From Promethearchaeia archaeon (GTDB lineage: Archaea; Asgardarchaeota; Lokiarchaeia; Sigyniarchaeales; SOKP01): DNA of 28,566 nucleotides. Position numbers and translations under genes: made by a program. Location: the NCBI GenBank assembly GCA_046483985.1, contig JAWOCD010000112.1:1-28566 (forward strand), in the 5' to 3' direction. This document shows positions 7,472 through 16,996 of this stretch, one piece after another. The stretch's first letter is position 1, and each line of letters starts with the position of its first letter. Below the pieces are notes generated by a model, which was not told where the DNA came from, ran no database searches, and was given only the letters and a program-made list of their open reading frames with translations.

Positions 7472-10345
7472 TTAAAAGATAATATCATGTTTATGAGCAA
7501 TATATTTAAAGACTTCAATTCCAATTATTCCTGGTAAGGTAAAGAGAGCGCAGATAAACCAATCCGAGGCACTCAAGAACATAAAATTTATTTGAAAATT
7601 AAGCCCCAGAACCTCGTTAACTGTATAATTTACCGAATATGAAAAGCAAATATGCAAAATATGAAGCAGCAGCGTAAAAATACACACTATAAATAAAGCA
7701 AGGCTAAATTCCTCTTTAATACTCTGCCAGATTGATTTATTCGGACGTCTAAAAGTCCAAATAAAAGTCGTCTCCGTAATATATATTGTGGTTATAAACA
7801 TTGTGCGAGCTTTTTGAGCAATTAGTTCCTGCTCGGTGGAACCCGCAGGAATATAGCTTATTGCAGGGTCTAAATTCCATCCGTTTAGAGGAATAACCCC
7901 TCCCAGAGTCAATTCTAATGCAAGAATAAGCCCTATTCCCATGAAGAAAGCTTGTAGTAAGAGCATTACCCACATATTCTTATTCAATAACTCTTCCTCG
8001 TTTCGAGGGGGGTATTGCATAACATCTTTTGGCTGTTTATCAATTACTAAAGCCAAAGAAGGAAGGGAATGGACAATCCCAAATATGTAGATATGTTGCC
8101 AATTCGATTTAAATAATTCAAAAAAGGGTAGGAATTCATAGCCGAAGAAAATAATTCCTTCCATAATATTTAAACATATAAAAAAGTAGATAATCGTACG
8201 AATTTTTGAAAAGAGCCCTCTTCCAATTTCAACTCCTTTTTCAATTGAGGCAAAATTATCATCTGAGATTACCATATCTGATGTTTCCTTTGCTAAATCT
8301 GTACCCGTAATTCCCATTGATATTCCACAATTTGCGGCTTTTAATGCGGGAGAGTCATTGATTCCGTCCCCGGTCATTGCACAAACCTTACCTTGATCTT
8401 GATAGTGCTCAACGATGATTTCTTTATCAGCTGGTGCAACTCTCGCGAATACTGAAGTTTTTTCGAATTCTGATTGGTTTAATTGCTTAATCCTCTTCCC
8501 TTCAACGACCAAGTCGTCATCTTGATAGATGTTCATTTGAGCTGCAATTGTCTTTGCCGTTGCGGGATGGTCTCCCGTGATCATGATGACTTTAATTTTT
8601 CCTGATTTACATAATTCCACGGCTTCTTTTACCCCTTGGCGTGCGGGATCCATAATAGATACAAAACCAAGAAATGTGAGATCATTTTCGATTTCTTCTC
8701 TTTTTGGATTATTAAATTCATCTAATGGTTTATATGCAATAGCTAAGGTACGGTATCCCTCCTTAGCCTTTTTTTCAACAAAATCTTTTACTTTTTCTTT
8801 TGATTCTTGGTCAAAAGATCTTATTTGATTGTGCTTTTCAATTTTCGACGAGATGCTGATGATTCGTTCTGGGGCGCCTTTCGTATACACCATTAAGTTT
8901 CTACTATCTGATTGGGTGATGGAACTCATTCGTTTTATTTCTGAGCTAAAGGAAAATTCTTTCAGTATTTTATACTTCTTCTTAATATCATCCGGGACAT
9001 ATCCCGCTTTTTCGGCTAGTACCAACAATGCCGCCTCTGTGGTTGAACCCAACGCTTTTCTTATTGCTTTTTCTTTCACCCCTTTCTTATGGATTTTGAC
9101 ATCCTCAAAAATTAATTTGGCATTATTATTGATAACCATTGAATGTATAAAGCGTTTAAACGTCCGGTCCTTCTTCAATTCTATTTCGCGGGAATTATCA
9201 TAAATTTTTCCCTCTGCGTTATATCCTGAACCAGTTACATTGAACTCCTTACCTTTAAGCCAAAATCGTTCAACTGTCATTTCATTCTTGGTTATGGTAC
9301 CCGTTTTATCTGAGCAAATAACAGACACTCGTCCTAGCGATTCAATTGCAGCTAAATTTTTAATAATCACCCCGCTTTGAGCCATATTTAAAATCCCCGT
9401 AACGAGAACAAGAGTAGAGAGTAAAGGCAAATTGATGGGTATGATATTCATTGCACGTAAAATAGAATCCACAAGGGCGGTACTAATTGCCTCTTGAACA
9501 AAATTTCCTTGTGCTTGTAAAAGCGAAAATTTGTAGGTAATTAAAATGATTAAATTAATAATTACTATTGTTCCTAAGATATATCCTAATCGATTTAACT
9601 TACGTGTTAGAGGAATATCTTCTATCGTTCCCATTTTGTTTAAACTTTCTGAGATTGTTCCAATTTCAGTATTTGCACCCGTACCCGTTATTAATATTTT
9701 TGCTCTTCCCTCATTCACGTAAGTGCCCATATATACCATATTTATTCTATCTGGGACGGGAATATCTTGATCCTCCATTGTTTTAATACCCTTATCGACA
9801 GGCTCACTTTCCCCGGTTAATGGAGCTTCGTTAACTTTTAAGTTCATTTCATCTATTAATCTTCCATCGGCCGGTATTTTATCTCCTTGCTTGATAAGGG
9901 CGATATCTCCGGGAATAATTTCTCTTGTATTTATTTCTTTTTCCTCCCCTCCTCTTAGAACTCTTGCTTTTAACGCTGAGATTTCCTTAAGAGACTCAAG
10001 AGCTTTTTGAGCTCGGTAATTCTGTACGATAGCGGTTACTGAATTAATTATTATTACGGTAAAGGTAATGATGGTTTCCCCTGGAGATCCTAAGATTATA
10101 ACGACAACAGCAGTAATAATCAATATTACAATAAGAAAGTTGAAAATAGGAGCCAGGTAAACTTTCCACAAGGATTTCTTAACTTTAGGTAATTCATTAG
10201 CCCCATATTTTTGTTTCCTTGTTTTAACTTGATTAATTTTTAATCCAGATTCTGAATCAGTATTGAAACTTTCAATAAGTTCGTCTATTGGTTTATTATG
10301 AAAATGGTTAGAAATTTGTGTTTTTTTGTCTGTTGCGGATGACAT
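7472..10345 (-). CDS. P-type ATPase, tandem paralogue with the same atypical ion-binding site
   Basis: LTGES, DKTGTIT, KGAPE, DPAR, MITGD, ARVAP, TGDGIND; M4 reads IPINLP. Confidence 0.95.
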   Translation of the reverse strand: MSSATDKKTQISNHFHNKPIDELIESFNTDSESGLKINQVKTRKQKYGANELPKVKKSLWKVYLAPIFNFLIVILIITAVVVIILGSPGETIITFTVIIINSVTAIVQNYRAQKALESLKEISALKARVLRGGEEKEINTREIIPGDIALIKQGDKIPADGRLIDEMNLKVNEAPLTGESEPVDKGIKTMEDQDIPVPDRINMVYMGTYVNEGRAKILITGTGANTEIGTISESLNKMGTIEDIPLTRKLNRLGYILGTIVIINLIILITYKFSLLQAQGNFVQEAISTALVDSILRAMNIIPINLPLLSTLVLVTGILNMAQSGVIIKNLAAIESLGRVSVICSDKTGTITKNEMTVERFWLKGKEFNVTGSGYNAEGKIYDNSREIELKKDRTFKRFIHSMVINNNAKLIFEDVKIHKKGVKEKAIRKALGSTTEAALLVLAEKAGYVPDDIKKKYKILKEFSFSSEIKRMSSITQSDSRNLMVYTKGAPERIISISSKIEKHNQIRSFDQESKEKVKDFVEKKAKEGYRTLAIAYKPLDEFNNPKREEIENDLTFLGFVSIMDPARQGVKEAVELCKSGKIKVIMITGDHPATAKTIAAQMNIYQDDDLVVEGKRIKQLNQSEFEKTSVFARVAPADKEIIVEHYQDQGKVCAMTGDGINDSPALKAANCGISMGITGTDLAKETSDMVISDDNFASIEKGVEIGRGLFSKIRTIIYFFICLNIMEGIIFFGYEFLPFFELFKSNWQHIYIFGIVHSLPSLALVIDKQPKDVMQYPPRNEEELLNKNMWVMLLLQAFFMGIGLILALELTLGGVIPLNGWNLDPAISYIPAGSTEQELIAQKARTMFITTIYITETTFIWTFRRPNKSIWQSIKEEFSLALFIVCIFTLLLHILHICFSYSVNYTVNEVLGLNFQINFMFLSASDWFICALFTLPGIIGIEVFKYIAHKHDIIF

Positions 10346-10490
10346 GTTTTTCGATGAAAGATAATTATTAGTCTACTAGTCTAATTGTAATTAATCAATA
10401 AAAGCAATCATATAAATTAATTATTTGTGCTTAGTTACTAAAAAAAGAAATTCAAGGAAGTAAGAAATAAAAAATAAAGAATTGAAAATT

Positions 10491-10626
10491 AACCCTCTTT
10501 GAAGGAGGAATCCTTTCTAAAGCAATGGAATGGATTTTCTACGACACACAGCCCTAAGATATGCCCACCAGCTAACGCTTAGTGGACTCGTAGGAATCCC
10601 CGTCCTTTAGGGCGGGGAGACTTCAA
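10491..10626 (+). mobile_element. Orphan 136-bp IS200/IS605 right-end module (tnpB 3' tail / omega-RNA-like region)
   Basis: Ungapped match to 25911-26046 (113/136 nt by hand count), which follows a tnpB C-terminal fragment; subterminal hairpin CCCCGTCC-TTTA-GGGCGGGG; similarity ends at CTTCAA. Confidence 0.85.
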
Positions 10627-10667
10627 TTGTTAATAAATAACGAGAAATTACTTTGTCCTTTCGATTT

Positions 10668-11666
10668 TCAACACATAGACATTTGGCACTTAATCTCTTC
10701 TGGATCTCCCAAAAGTTCCTTAAGTTTCTTATATTTTTTTCGAATGGTGGTGGTGGAGAAGTTTGTAGCATCTCCAATTATTTTTTGGGTAAGTATTTTC
10801 TTTTTTCGAGCTGCCGGAATAATTTGACCAATATAATACAACAAACCCGCAGTAAAGGCTTTATAATTTAAGTTATGAAGTCGTATTTCGGGTATTTTAT
10901 TTAATAGTTTGTCTGCTAATAATTGCATTTCAATTTTGAGCTTATTATAACGGTCATTATCCAGAATATGCTCTTTTATTTGCTCATACGGAATGGAATT
11001 TAAATCCTTTTGGAAAAGGATTTTAATTTTATTTAAAATCAGCTCATCCAATTGGTTTTTCCTTTGTATTTTCTTTGCTTGAAAATTATTTTCCATCTTT
11101 TTTACTTTTAGCATCGCGTTATTGATCATTTTTTTGTTGATTTTGTGCCCAAGTTTATTACATACCTCTATATACTCCTCAAGTCTGGTATTTGTGGTAT
11201 CTTTTATTTCCATCCATACAATCGCTAAGAAGATGATTACCATATTTTGATAGGGTTTTTTAAAATTCAGATTATACTTAAGATATGTGTCTTTAATTGA
11301 CTGATAAGTAGTTTTGTCGATATTCATTCCTATGTTATGACTCTTCAAGAGATCAATGGTTCTCTTTTGTTCGCCGAAGTTTGTTTTTGAATCTTGAAAC
11401 CACTTCTCGAGCTTTTTAATCCTATCGTATTTCTCCTTAATTACCGGGTCTTGCTTTGCCCGTCTGTCTCTAGTTCGAATTTTACGTTCATAATTTCTCT
11501 GAGAATCAGAATATATGTAATTTGTTGCCGCCGATGTGTCATCTTCGAAATCAATTGAATCGTTCAAAATTAACCCACAATCTTGACATACTTTGAATCC
11601 TCCTTCTATTTTCGTGTGTTTATGCTCACACGTGGAGACTTCTTTTTCTTTCCTTTTTTGAGTCAT
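10668..11666 (-). CDS. Divergent TFB/TFIIB-like protein (Zn ribbon plus cyclin-like repeats)
   Basis: N-terminal CEH-x11-CQDCG ribbon; C-terminal KAFTAGLLYYIG...LTQKIIGDATNFSTTTIRKKYKKL resembles the TFB second cyclin repeat and HTH. Confidence 0.75.
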   Translation of the reverse strand: MTQKRKEKEVSTCEHKHTKIEGGFKVCQDCGLILNDSIDFEDDTSAATNYIYSDSQRNYERKIRTRDRRAKQDPVIKEKYDRIKKLEKWFQDSKTNFGEQKRTIDLLKSHNIGMNIDKTTYQSIKDTYLKYNLNFKKPYQNMVIIFLAIVWMEIKDTTNTRLEEYIEVCNKLGHKINKKMINNAMLKVKKMENNFQAKKIQRKNQLDELILNKIKILFQKDLNSIPYEQIKEHILDNDRYNKLKIEMQLLADKLLNKIPEIRLHNLNYKAFTAGLLYYIGQIIPAARKKKILTQKIIGDATNFSTTTIRKKYKKLKELLGDPEEIKCQMSMC

Positions 11667-11811
11667 GATTGTAGATTTAAAAAAATAATAATTTTCCCTC
11701 TAAATTTTTTACTTATTTTTATTTTCAATTGAATTTAACAATATTGCTTATAATTTATTGACTTTAAATTAAAAACAATTATATTATAAATAATTGGAAG
11801 TTTATTATCAA

Positions 11812-11845
11812 GGGCAAAAGAAAACCCGACCTTCAAGGTGGGGAT
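11812..11845 (+). mobile_element. Isolated IS200/IS605 end-like hairpin remnant (left-end type)
   Basis: gggcaaaagaaaacccgaccttcaaggtggggat resembles ggcaaaagaatagtccgcctttaggtcgaggat at 27891; GC-rich hairpin in very AT-rich DNA. Confidence 0.55.
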
Positions 11846-11972
11846 CCCTTTTTTTAACATTCTCAACATTTTGATTAAAATTTAAAAATTTATTAAATTA
11901 AACAAATTAAAAATATTAATAACTACATTATTTTAGATTAACTTAATTATAAAATTATAAAGTGAATAAAAA

Positions 11973-12575
11973 TTGGATAGAAAGGGCGTTCTAAAAGGAC
12001 TAAATTTTTTCGGTATAGCCTTCATTATTGTTTCGGTTATGCAGTTTATCGGTAGTATTATTTTACTTAATATTCCCATGACAATTAATGGAGAAGTGAC
12101 TACTTTAACTGAGCTTTTCGGAAATAATCAAATTAACGCTTTCTCAGGCCTTATCATCTGGGTTTTTATTCACGCAATTATTGCTTATTTTTTCGGTTTA
12201 GGCTGTTGCTTTCTTGTAATAAGAAAGAAAGATCAATTAGAAAACATGCGGTTAGCCAAATATCTGGTAATTATGGGTATTTTTATTCTAATTGCTTGTT
12301 TTATTCAATTGAAATATATTTTAATGTTAACAAGTACAGAAGTTTCCATTTCTGGAACTCCAAACTTTCAAGAAATGATTTACAATCCAGAAGTTGTACC
12401 GTTTATCGCAGATGCGATTTGGTTCTCGTATACTGGAGTGATTTGTGGTTATCTACAAGTGGGGCTTATCGTCACGGCTGGAGGATTAAAATGGATTATA
12501 GAGTTAAAGAAACCAGAAGAGCAAGAAAAAAAGAGGGAATCGGAAGAAAAAGAACTTCCTGCCGCAGTAAAATAA
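11973..12575 (+). CDS. Hypothetical membrane protein (about 4 TM segments)
   Basis: 200-aa ORF with TTG start, GTGA upstream, four hydrophobic stretches and a charged tail. Confidence 0.75.
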   Translation: MDRKGVLKGLNFFGIAFIIVSVMQFIGSIILLNIPMTINGEVTTLTELFGNNQINAFSGLIIWVFIHAIIAYFFGLGCCFLVIRKKDQLENMRLAKYLVIMGIFILIACFIQLKYILMLTSTEVSISGTPNFQEMIYNPEVVPFIADAIWFSYTGVICGYLQVGLIVTAGGLKWIIELKKPEEQEKKRESEEKELPAAVK

Positions 12576-12672
12576 TTTTCAACAAATAAATAAAAAAATA
12601 AGAATCTTTGAGATAAAAATTGAAGATAAATATTTTTTTCCTAATTTCCCAGCAAGGACGAGTTTTAACTTT

Positions 12673-13602
12673 TTAATCTTTTCTTTTCAATTTTTCATTT
12701 ATCTGGCTTGTCCTAGATCGTAACGTGACTTCGGTTATCTTTGCTACATCCGCCACTCTTGATTGAGTTCTCCTAACCTTCTCTTTTCTTGCAGCGATAT
12801 AGATAGAAGCAGCTGCCAAGCCCTTTGGATCTTTACCTGACCGTTGTAACCCCTTTTTTGAAGCTTTTACCAGCATATTTATGGCGTATTTTTGAATCTT
12901 TATGGGTAAATCTAAGTCGTTACCGAATCGAAAGACTAACCTTTCGGCTCTTATTGGATGATACCTTAAATTTAGAGCGGGCAATACTTCTCTGACGATT
13001 AAACCTAAACTTCGATGTACAGTACGTCTGGGAGTTAATGCCGCCTCACAAATCTCATCTAATAACCGGGGAAATTCATGTACACGTATTGCCGCATATA
13101 TGGCAGCAGTTACAAAACCATTTATGGAACGTCCCATCGTGAGCTTTTTCTTTGCAACTAGACTATATATTTTCCATGCGGTTTCCGTGATATAATTTGG
13201 AATGTTTAATTTCTGAGATAACATTTTTAATTTCGGTCTTGCTTCCCAAAAATTACGTTCGATACTCGAGATTAAAGAGTTTTGTATTTTGGACAATCTT
13301 GAAAATAAGGCTTGCTCCTTTGGTTTGATTGAACGCCCTTTTGAATCCCTTTTTGTCGTAGGAAGCATAGTTCTTGGTCCGAATTCTCTCCAACGAGGTT
13401 CCGTGCGTTTTTTCTTTTTTATCTCTTCTTGAGTGTACGCTCTTCTCTCATTACTAACAAAATTCCTCCCTACTACCGTCCCGCAATTTAAGCATACTTT
13501 ATCTCCGTCCTTGATTTTATATTTTGGGTGTCCACAGCAGAAATCGTCATCTTTTGGACTGGACTTTTTCAAATTAGATTTAGGTATTTTATTTGCCTTC
13601 AT
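12673..13602 (-). CDS. tfb: Transcription initiation factor IIB
   Basis: Zn ribbon CCGH...CLNCG, NERRAY reader-like segment, ERNF, GRSINGFVTAAIYAAIR, GKDPKGLAAASIYIA, TQSRVADVAKITEVTLRSR. Confidence 0.95.
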   Translation of the reverse strand: MKANKIPKSNLKKSSPKDDDFCCGHPKYKIKDGDKVCLNCGTVVGRNFVSNERRAYTQEEIKKKKRTEPRWREFGPRTMLPTTKRDSKGRSIKPKEQALFSRLSKIQNSLISSIERNFWEARPKLKMLSQKLNIPNYITETAWKIYSLVAKKKLTMGRSINGFVTAAIYAAIRVHEFPRLLDEICEAALTPRRTVHRSLGLIVREVLPALNLRYHPIRAERLVFRFGNDLDLPIKIQKYAINMLVKASKKGLQRSGKDPKGLAAASIYIAARKEKVRRTQSRVADVAKITEVTLRSRTSQINEKLKRKD

Positions 13603-13724
13603 ATTAAAACCATAAATTGAACTTCAAAAATATTCTTGAATTAAAGTTTATAACACAAATATAAATAGATTAACTAATAAATATTTGCAAAAGATTTTCT
13701 TCTTTTAAATGAGGAAAGGTATTA

Positions 13725-14180
13725 TTAGGAGAAGATAAAGAAGTTTTGGATTCCGATTGAGTTAAATATCAAACTGGCCAAAATACTACTCGTAATTAAA
13801 GCCGGAATTACCGCAACTAAATGAACCACTAGTGAATTTTTCATGGTTAATGTTGTTCCTCCTTGAGATTTCACGTAATTAAAATATATTGCGAAAAAGG
13901 GGAGAGTCAAAAAGAAAATTATAAGAAGGGGAAACCCTGCGATAGCGTATAAGACTAGATAAAACCAAAAAAATGAGCTAAATGTATTGCAAATTTCTAC
14001 ATATATGCCAGTAAGTAGAAGCCTTTTTATATTTAATTCACGTGAAGTATATCTTTGAAGAGTAAATCGAAGTAGGACGGTGACCAAGATATAGTTAAGT
14101 AGAGTTTGTGTCAGCTCAAAAAATAAAAGTTCCGTGGTGTTAAAACCCAGAAAAAAGGGAGTCGGAATCATTTTAATCAA
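13725..14180 (-). CDS. Hypothetical membrane protein
   Basis: 151-aa hydrophobic ORF filling the gap; the start could be ATG at 14171. Confidence 0.6.
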   Translation of the reverse strand: MIKMIPTPFFLGFNTTELLFFELTQTLLNYILVTVLLRFTLQRYTSRELNIKRLLLTGIYVEICNTFSSFFWFYLVLYAIAGFPLLIIFFLTLPFFAIYFNYVKSQGGTTLTMKNSLVVHLVAVIPALITSSILASLIFNSIGIQNFFIFS

Positions 14181-14251
14181 TAATTATTTAAATTCTAAGA
14201 TTAATAATACTTTATATAAATAAAGTTTACCCCATTTAAAATAAAAGAACT

Positions 14252-14515
14252 ATGGAATCTCCAGAAAAATCACAAGATTTGTCGATTCGCGAGCAGATCT
14301 TTTATACCTTTATATTTTTAATCGGTTTAGTTTTTTCTTATGCATTTTTTATGCCTATTGGCATTGTTTGCGGAAGCTTTTTACTTTTCCAGAAGAAAAG
14401 CAAAGCGTTTCAGATTATGGGATTGATTATTTTTATCTTGCAGATTCTGGTAATTTATATCTTTGCAGATATGGCAATTGAAGCGGCTCAAATCGATGCA
14501 TTATTCAGAGGGTGA
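14252..14515 (+). CDS. Small hypothetical membrane protein, probably co-transcribed with the downstream hydrolase
   Basis: 87-aa ORF with 2-3 hydrophobic segments; the stop lies 7 nt before the next ATG and overlaps a GGTGA SD-like motif. Confidence 0.7.
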   Translation: MESPEKSQDLSIREQIFYTFIFLIGLVFSYAFFMPIGIVCGSFLLFQKKSKAFQIMGLIIFILQILVIYIFADMAIEAAQIDALFRG

Positions 14516-14522
14516 GAAAATA

Positions 14523-16328
14523 ATGAAAAAATCTTTAAAAACTCGTATAAAATCACGGGACTTAAAATTTTGGGGAAAAACTTTCCTTGTATTATTCGTT
14601 TTAATCTCGTGGTTCGTTATCTTTATTGATTTAAATGTGCTATTTAATAATTCATATCAAAGCCTCTGGATACATTGTCCCTCAACAGTGGAAAAGGGGG
14701 AAGAGTTTGAGTTTACTGTTGAGGCATGGGACGAGTATGAAAGGCTTGCTGGGGCCTATAAAGGGGAAATTGAATTTAATGTAGTATCGTATAATTTAAC
14801 CGAAGATGGCTATGAAGAACTGCAACCTGTAGATTGGACACTCAACACTGAGGACGCAAAGTTCTCTTCAAACTTTTTTTGGGCTGGTATTTTTCCCGCC
14901 TATCAGTTTAAGGGAGCTGATAACGGTAAGAAAGATTTTTCTATGAATATTTCAACACCGGGCGTTCATTACATAAAAGCCACGGATAAGGAGAAAAATG
15001 AAGCATTTTTAAGCAATCCCCTTATCGTCCATAAAGAAGGATCAGACGCTAAACGATTATACTGGGGGGATATTCACGGTCATAGTTATTACTCTGACGG
15101 CTCGGGAACTTCAACTGAGAATTATAAATTTGCACGGGATGTAGCATTATTGGATTTTGCCGCACTTTCAGATCATTCTGAGATGTTCCCACAGTTTGGA
15201 AGAGAACCACTCTTTAATACATTTCAAGAATATATTGAAACCACAAATTCATTTAATAAAGATAATGAATTTGCTACTCTTGTGGCTCTTGAATGGACGC
15301 CTCTCTTACCGCAGCAGAGATCATACCTCAGCAATCAACATACAAATTTATATTTTTCAGGGGATGATATGCCTTTCTTCTCTACATTCAACCAGTTCAC
15401 GCCTTATGAATTATATGAATATATTGAAGAGAATACAAATGACGATTTTATAGGATGGACCCACCATGTGTTGCGGAGCGATTATGGCTCGGACTTTGCC
15501 TTTTATAATGAAAGTATTAACAAAATGACAGAAATATTCTCGGTACATGGCTGTGGAGAGTTTTCGGACAATGATCTTAACATTTATCCCACAAGGCACT
15601 CCTTCGAGGAAGAAACACGCGGGTATTCTGTGAATGACGCCTTACGAATGGGGAGAAAGTTTGGCATAATGGCAAGCAGTGATGGTCACGATGGACGATT
15701 GGGACATCCAATCGTGCATACAGAGGCCCGAGGTGCCGCACATCTACATCCTTTTAGTATTTCTGGATATAAGTTTGGAGCCTATCCAGGCGGGTTAACT
15801 GGATTGTATACCTCAGAACTTGACCGCACCCATGTGTTTAATGCATTAAAAAGTCGTTCAGCTTATGCCACAAATTGGATTAATCGACATTATATGAACT
15901 TCAGCATTAATGGCCAACCTGTAGGAGTAAACGATTCGACTGTGCAGGTTGCTAATGAAAACTCAACCAGAATATTAAAGATCACAGCAGCGGCGGATGG
16001 ACTTTCGTTAAAACCCAATAACCCTACAGAAATCTCGAAAATTCAAATTATAAAGAACTCTGAGGTCTGGAAAGAATGGACAGATGTAGATTCCCCAATT
16101 AAACAAGATGTGTTGTATGATAATGAAACGATTACAGGGACCAGTTACGACCATTGTATTAAAAAAGATGGGGAATGGTATATTCATGAGCGCTCTATCC
16201 AACCAGTAGATCCGAGTACACTTAATACGGATGGCGCGGATTATTATTATGTCCGGATGGTTGATTCAAATCCAGTTCGACCAGGAATGGCATGGATTGG
16301 ACCGATCTGGGTCCAACCTACTAGCTAA
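14523..16328 (+). CDS. Membrane-anchored PHP-like metallohydrolase (DUF3604-like)
   Basis: N-terminal TM, beta-rich segment, then YWGDIHGHSYYSDG, DFAALSDH, ALEWT, WTHH, EIFSVHG, ASSDGH, AYAT, YYYVR. ATG 14523 is preferred over 14463, which overlaps the upstream gene. Confidence 0.8.
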   Translation: MKKSLKTRIKSRDLKFWGKTFLVLFVLISWFVIFIDLNVLFNNSYQSLWIHCPSTVEKGEEFEFTVEAWDEYERLAGAYKGEIEFNVVSYNLTEDGYEELQPVDWTLNTEDAKFSSNFFWAGIFPAYQFKGADNGKKDFSMNISTPGVHYIKATDKEKNEAFLSNPLIVHKEGSDAKRLYWGDIHGHSYYSDGSGTSTENYKFARDVALLDFAALSDHSEMFPQFGREPLFNTFQEYIETTNSFNKDNEFATLVALEWTPLLPQQRSYLSNQHTNLYFSGDDMPFFSTFNQFTPYELYEYIEENTNDDFIGWTHHVLRSDYGSDFAFYNESINKMTEIFSVHGCGEFSDNDLNIYPTRHSFEEETRGYSVNDALRMGRKFGIMASSDGHDGRLGHPIVHTEARGAAHLHPFSISGYKFGAYPGGLTGLYTSELDRTHVFNALKSRSAYATNWINRHYMNFSINGQPVGVNDSTVQVANENSTRILKITAAADGLSLKPNNPTEISKIQIIKNSEVWKEWTDVDSPIKQDVLYDNETITGTSYDHCIKKDGEWYIHERSIQPVDPSTLNTDGADYYYVRMVDSNPVRPGMAWIGPIWVQPTS

Positions 16329-16411
16329 AATTATGTATTTTTTAAAACCGATTAATTTAAGTAATTAATATTGTTTTTTAGATCAAAATCTAAAAATGGT
16401 GAATAAATCGG

Positions 16412-16930
16412 ATGGAATTTTATGATGTCGTTTCAAAACGAAGAAGTTATCGAAAATTTAAAGCCGACCAACAACCAGAAGAAGAAAAAATCAAACGCAT
16501 AATTAACGCAGCTCGTCTGGCTCCAACTTGGGCTAATAAACAGGGGGTAGAGTACATCATCGTGAGAGATGAAGAAAAGGTAAAAAAAGTATGGAAGGCA
16601 ATCGGACAACGCAAAAAATTTAGAAATGCCCCGATGTATATTGTTGGAATTATATCCGAAGAGGACTCCGGTACTAACCCTTCTGGCATAAAATATTATA
16701 CTGTAGATTTTGGTATCTGTTTTGAACATCTTATTTTGGCGGCGACAGCAGAAGGACTAGCGACCTGCTGGATTGGATGGTTTAATGAGGATAAAATTAA
16801 AAACTTGCTTACTATACCTGAAAAATACAGGGTTTTAGGTTTAACTCCAGTCGGGTATTCAATTAGAAAAAAGGGACCTGTGGAAAAACGGAAACCGCTT
16901 GAAGAGATTATCCATAAAGAACAATTCTAA
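16412..16930 (+). CDS. Nitroreductase-family flavoprotein
   Basis: KRRSYRKF, AARLAPTWANKQ, LAATAEGLATCWIG, VGY, RKPLEEI. Confidence 0.95.
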   Translation: MEFYDVVSKRRSYRKFKADQQPEEEKIKRIINAARLAPTWANKQGVEYIIVRDEEKVKKVWKAIGQRKKFRNAPMYIVGIISEEDSGTNPSGIKYYTVDFGICFEHLILAATAEGLATCWIGWFNEDKIKNLLTIPEKYRVLGLTPVGYSIRKKGPVEKRKPLEEIIHKEQF

Positions 16931-16996
16931 TTTTCTATATCTAAAATTTTGAAAATAAAAATAATATATCGAATGTACATTTTTAATTATAAGATA

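Noticed and set aside
3387-9786. Short ORFs overlapping the DUF362 and ATPase genes (and similar ones inside other long genes)
   Set aside because: Antisense or alternate-frame shadows of well-supported CDSs with no motifs.
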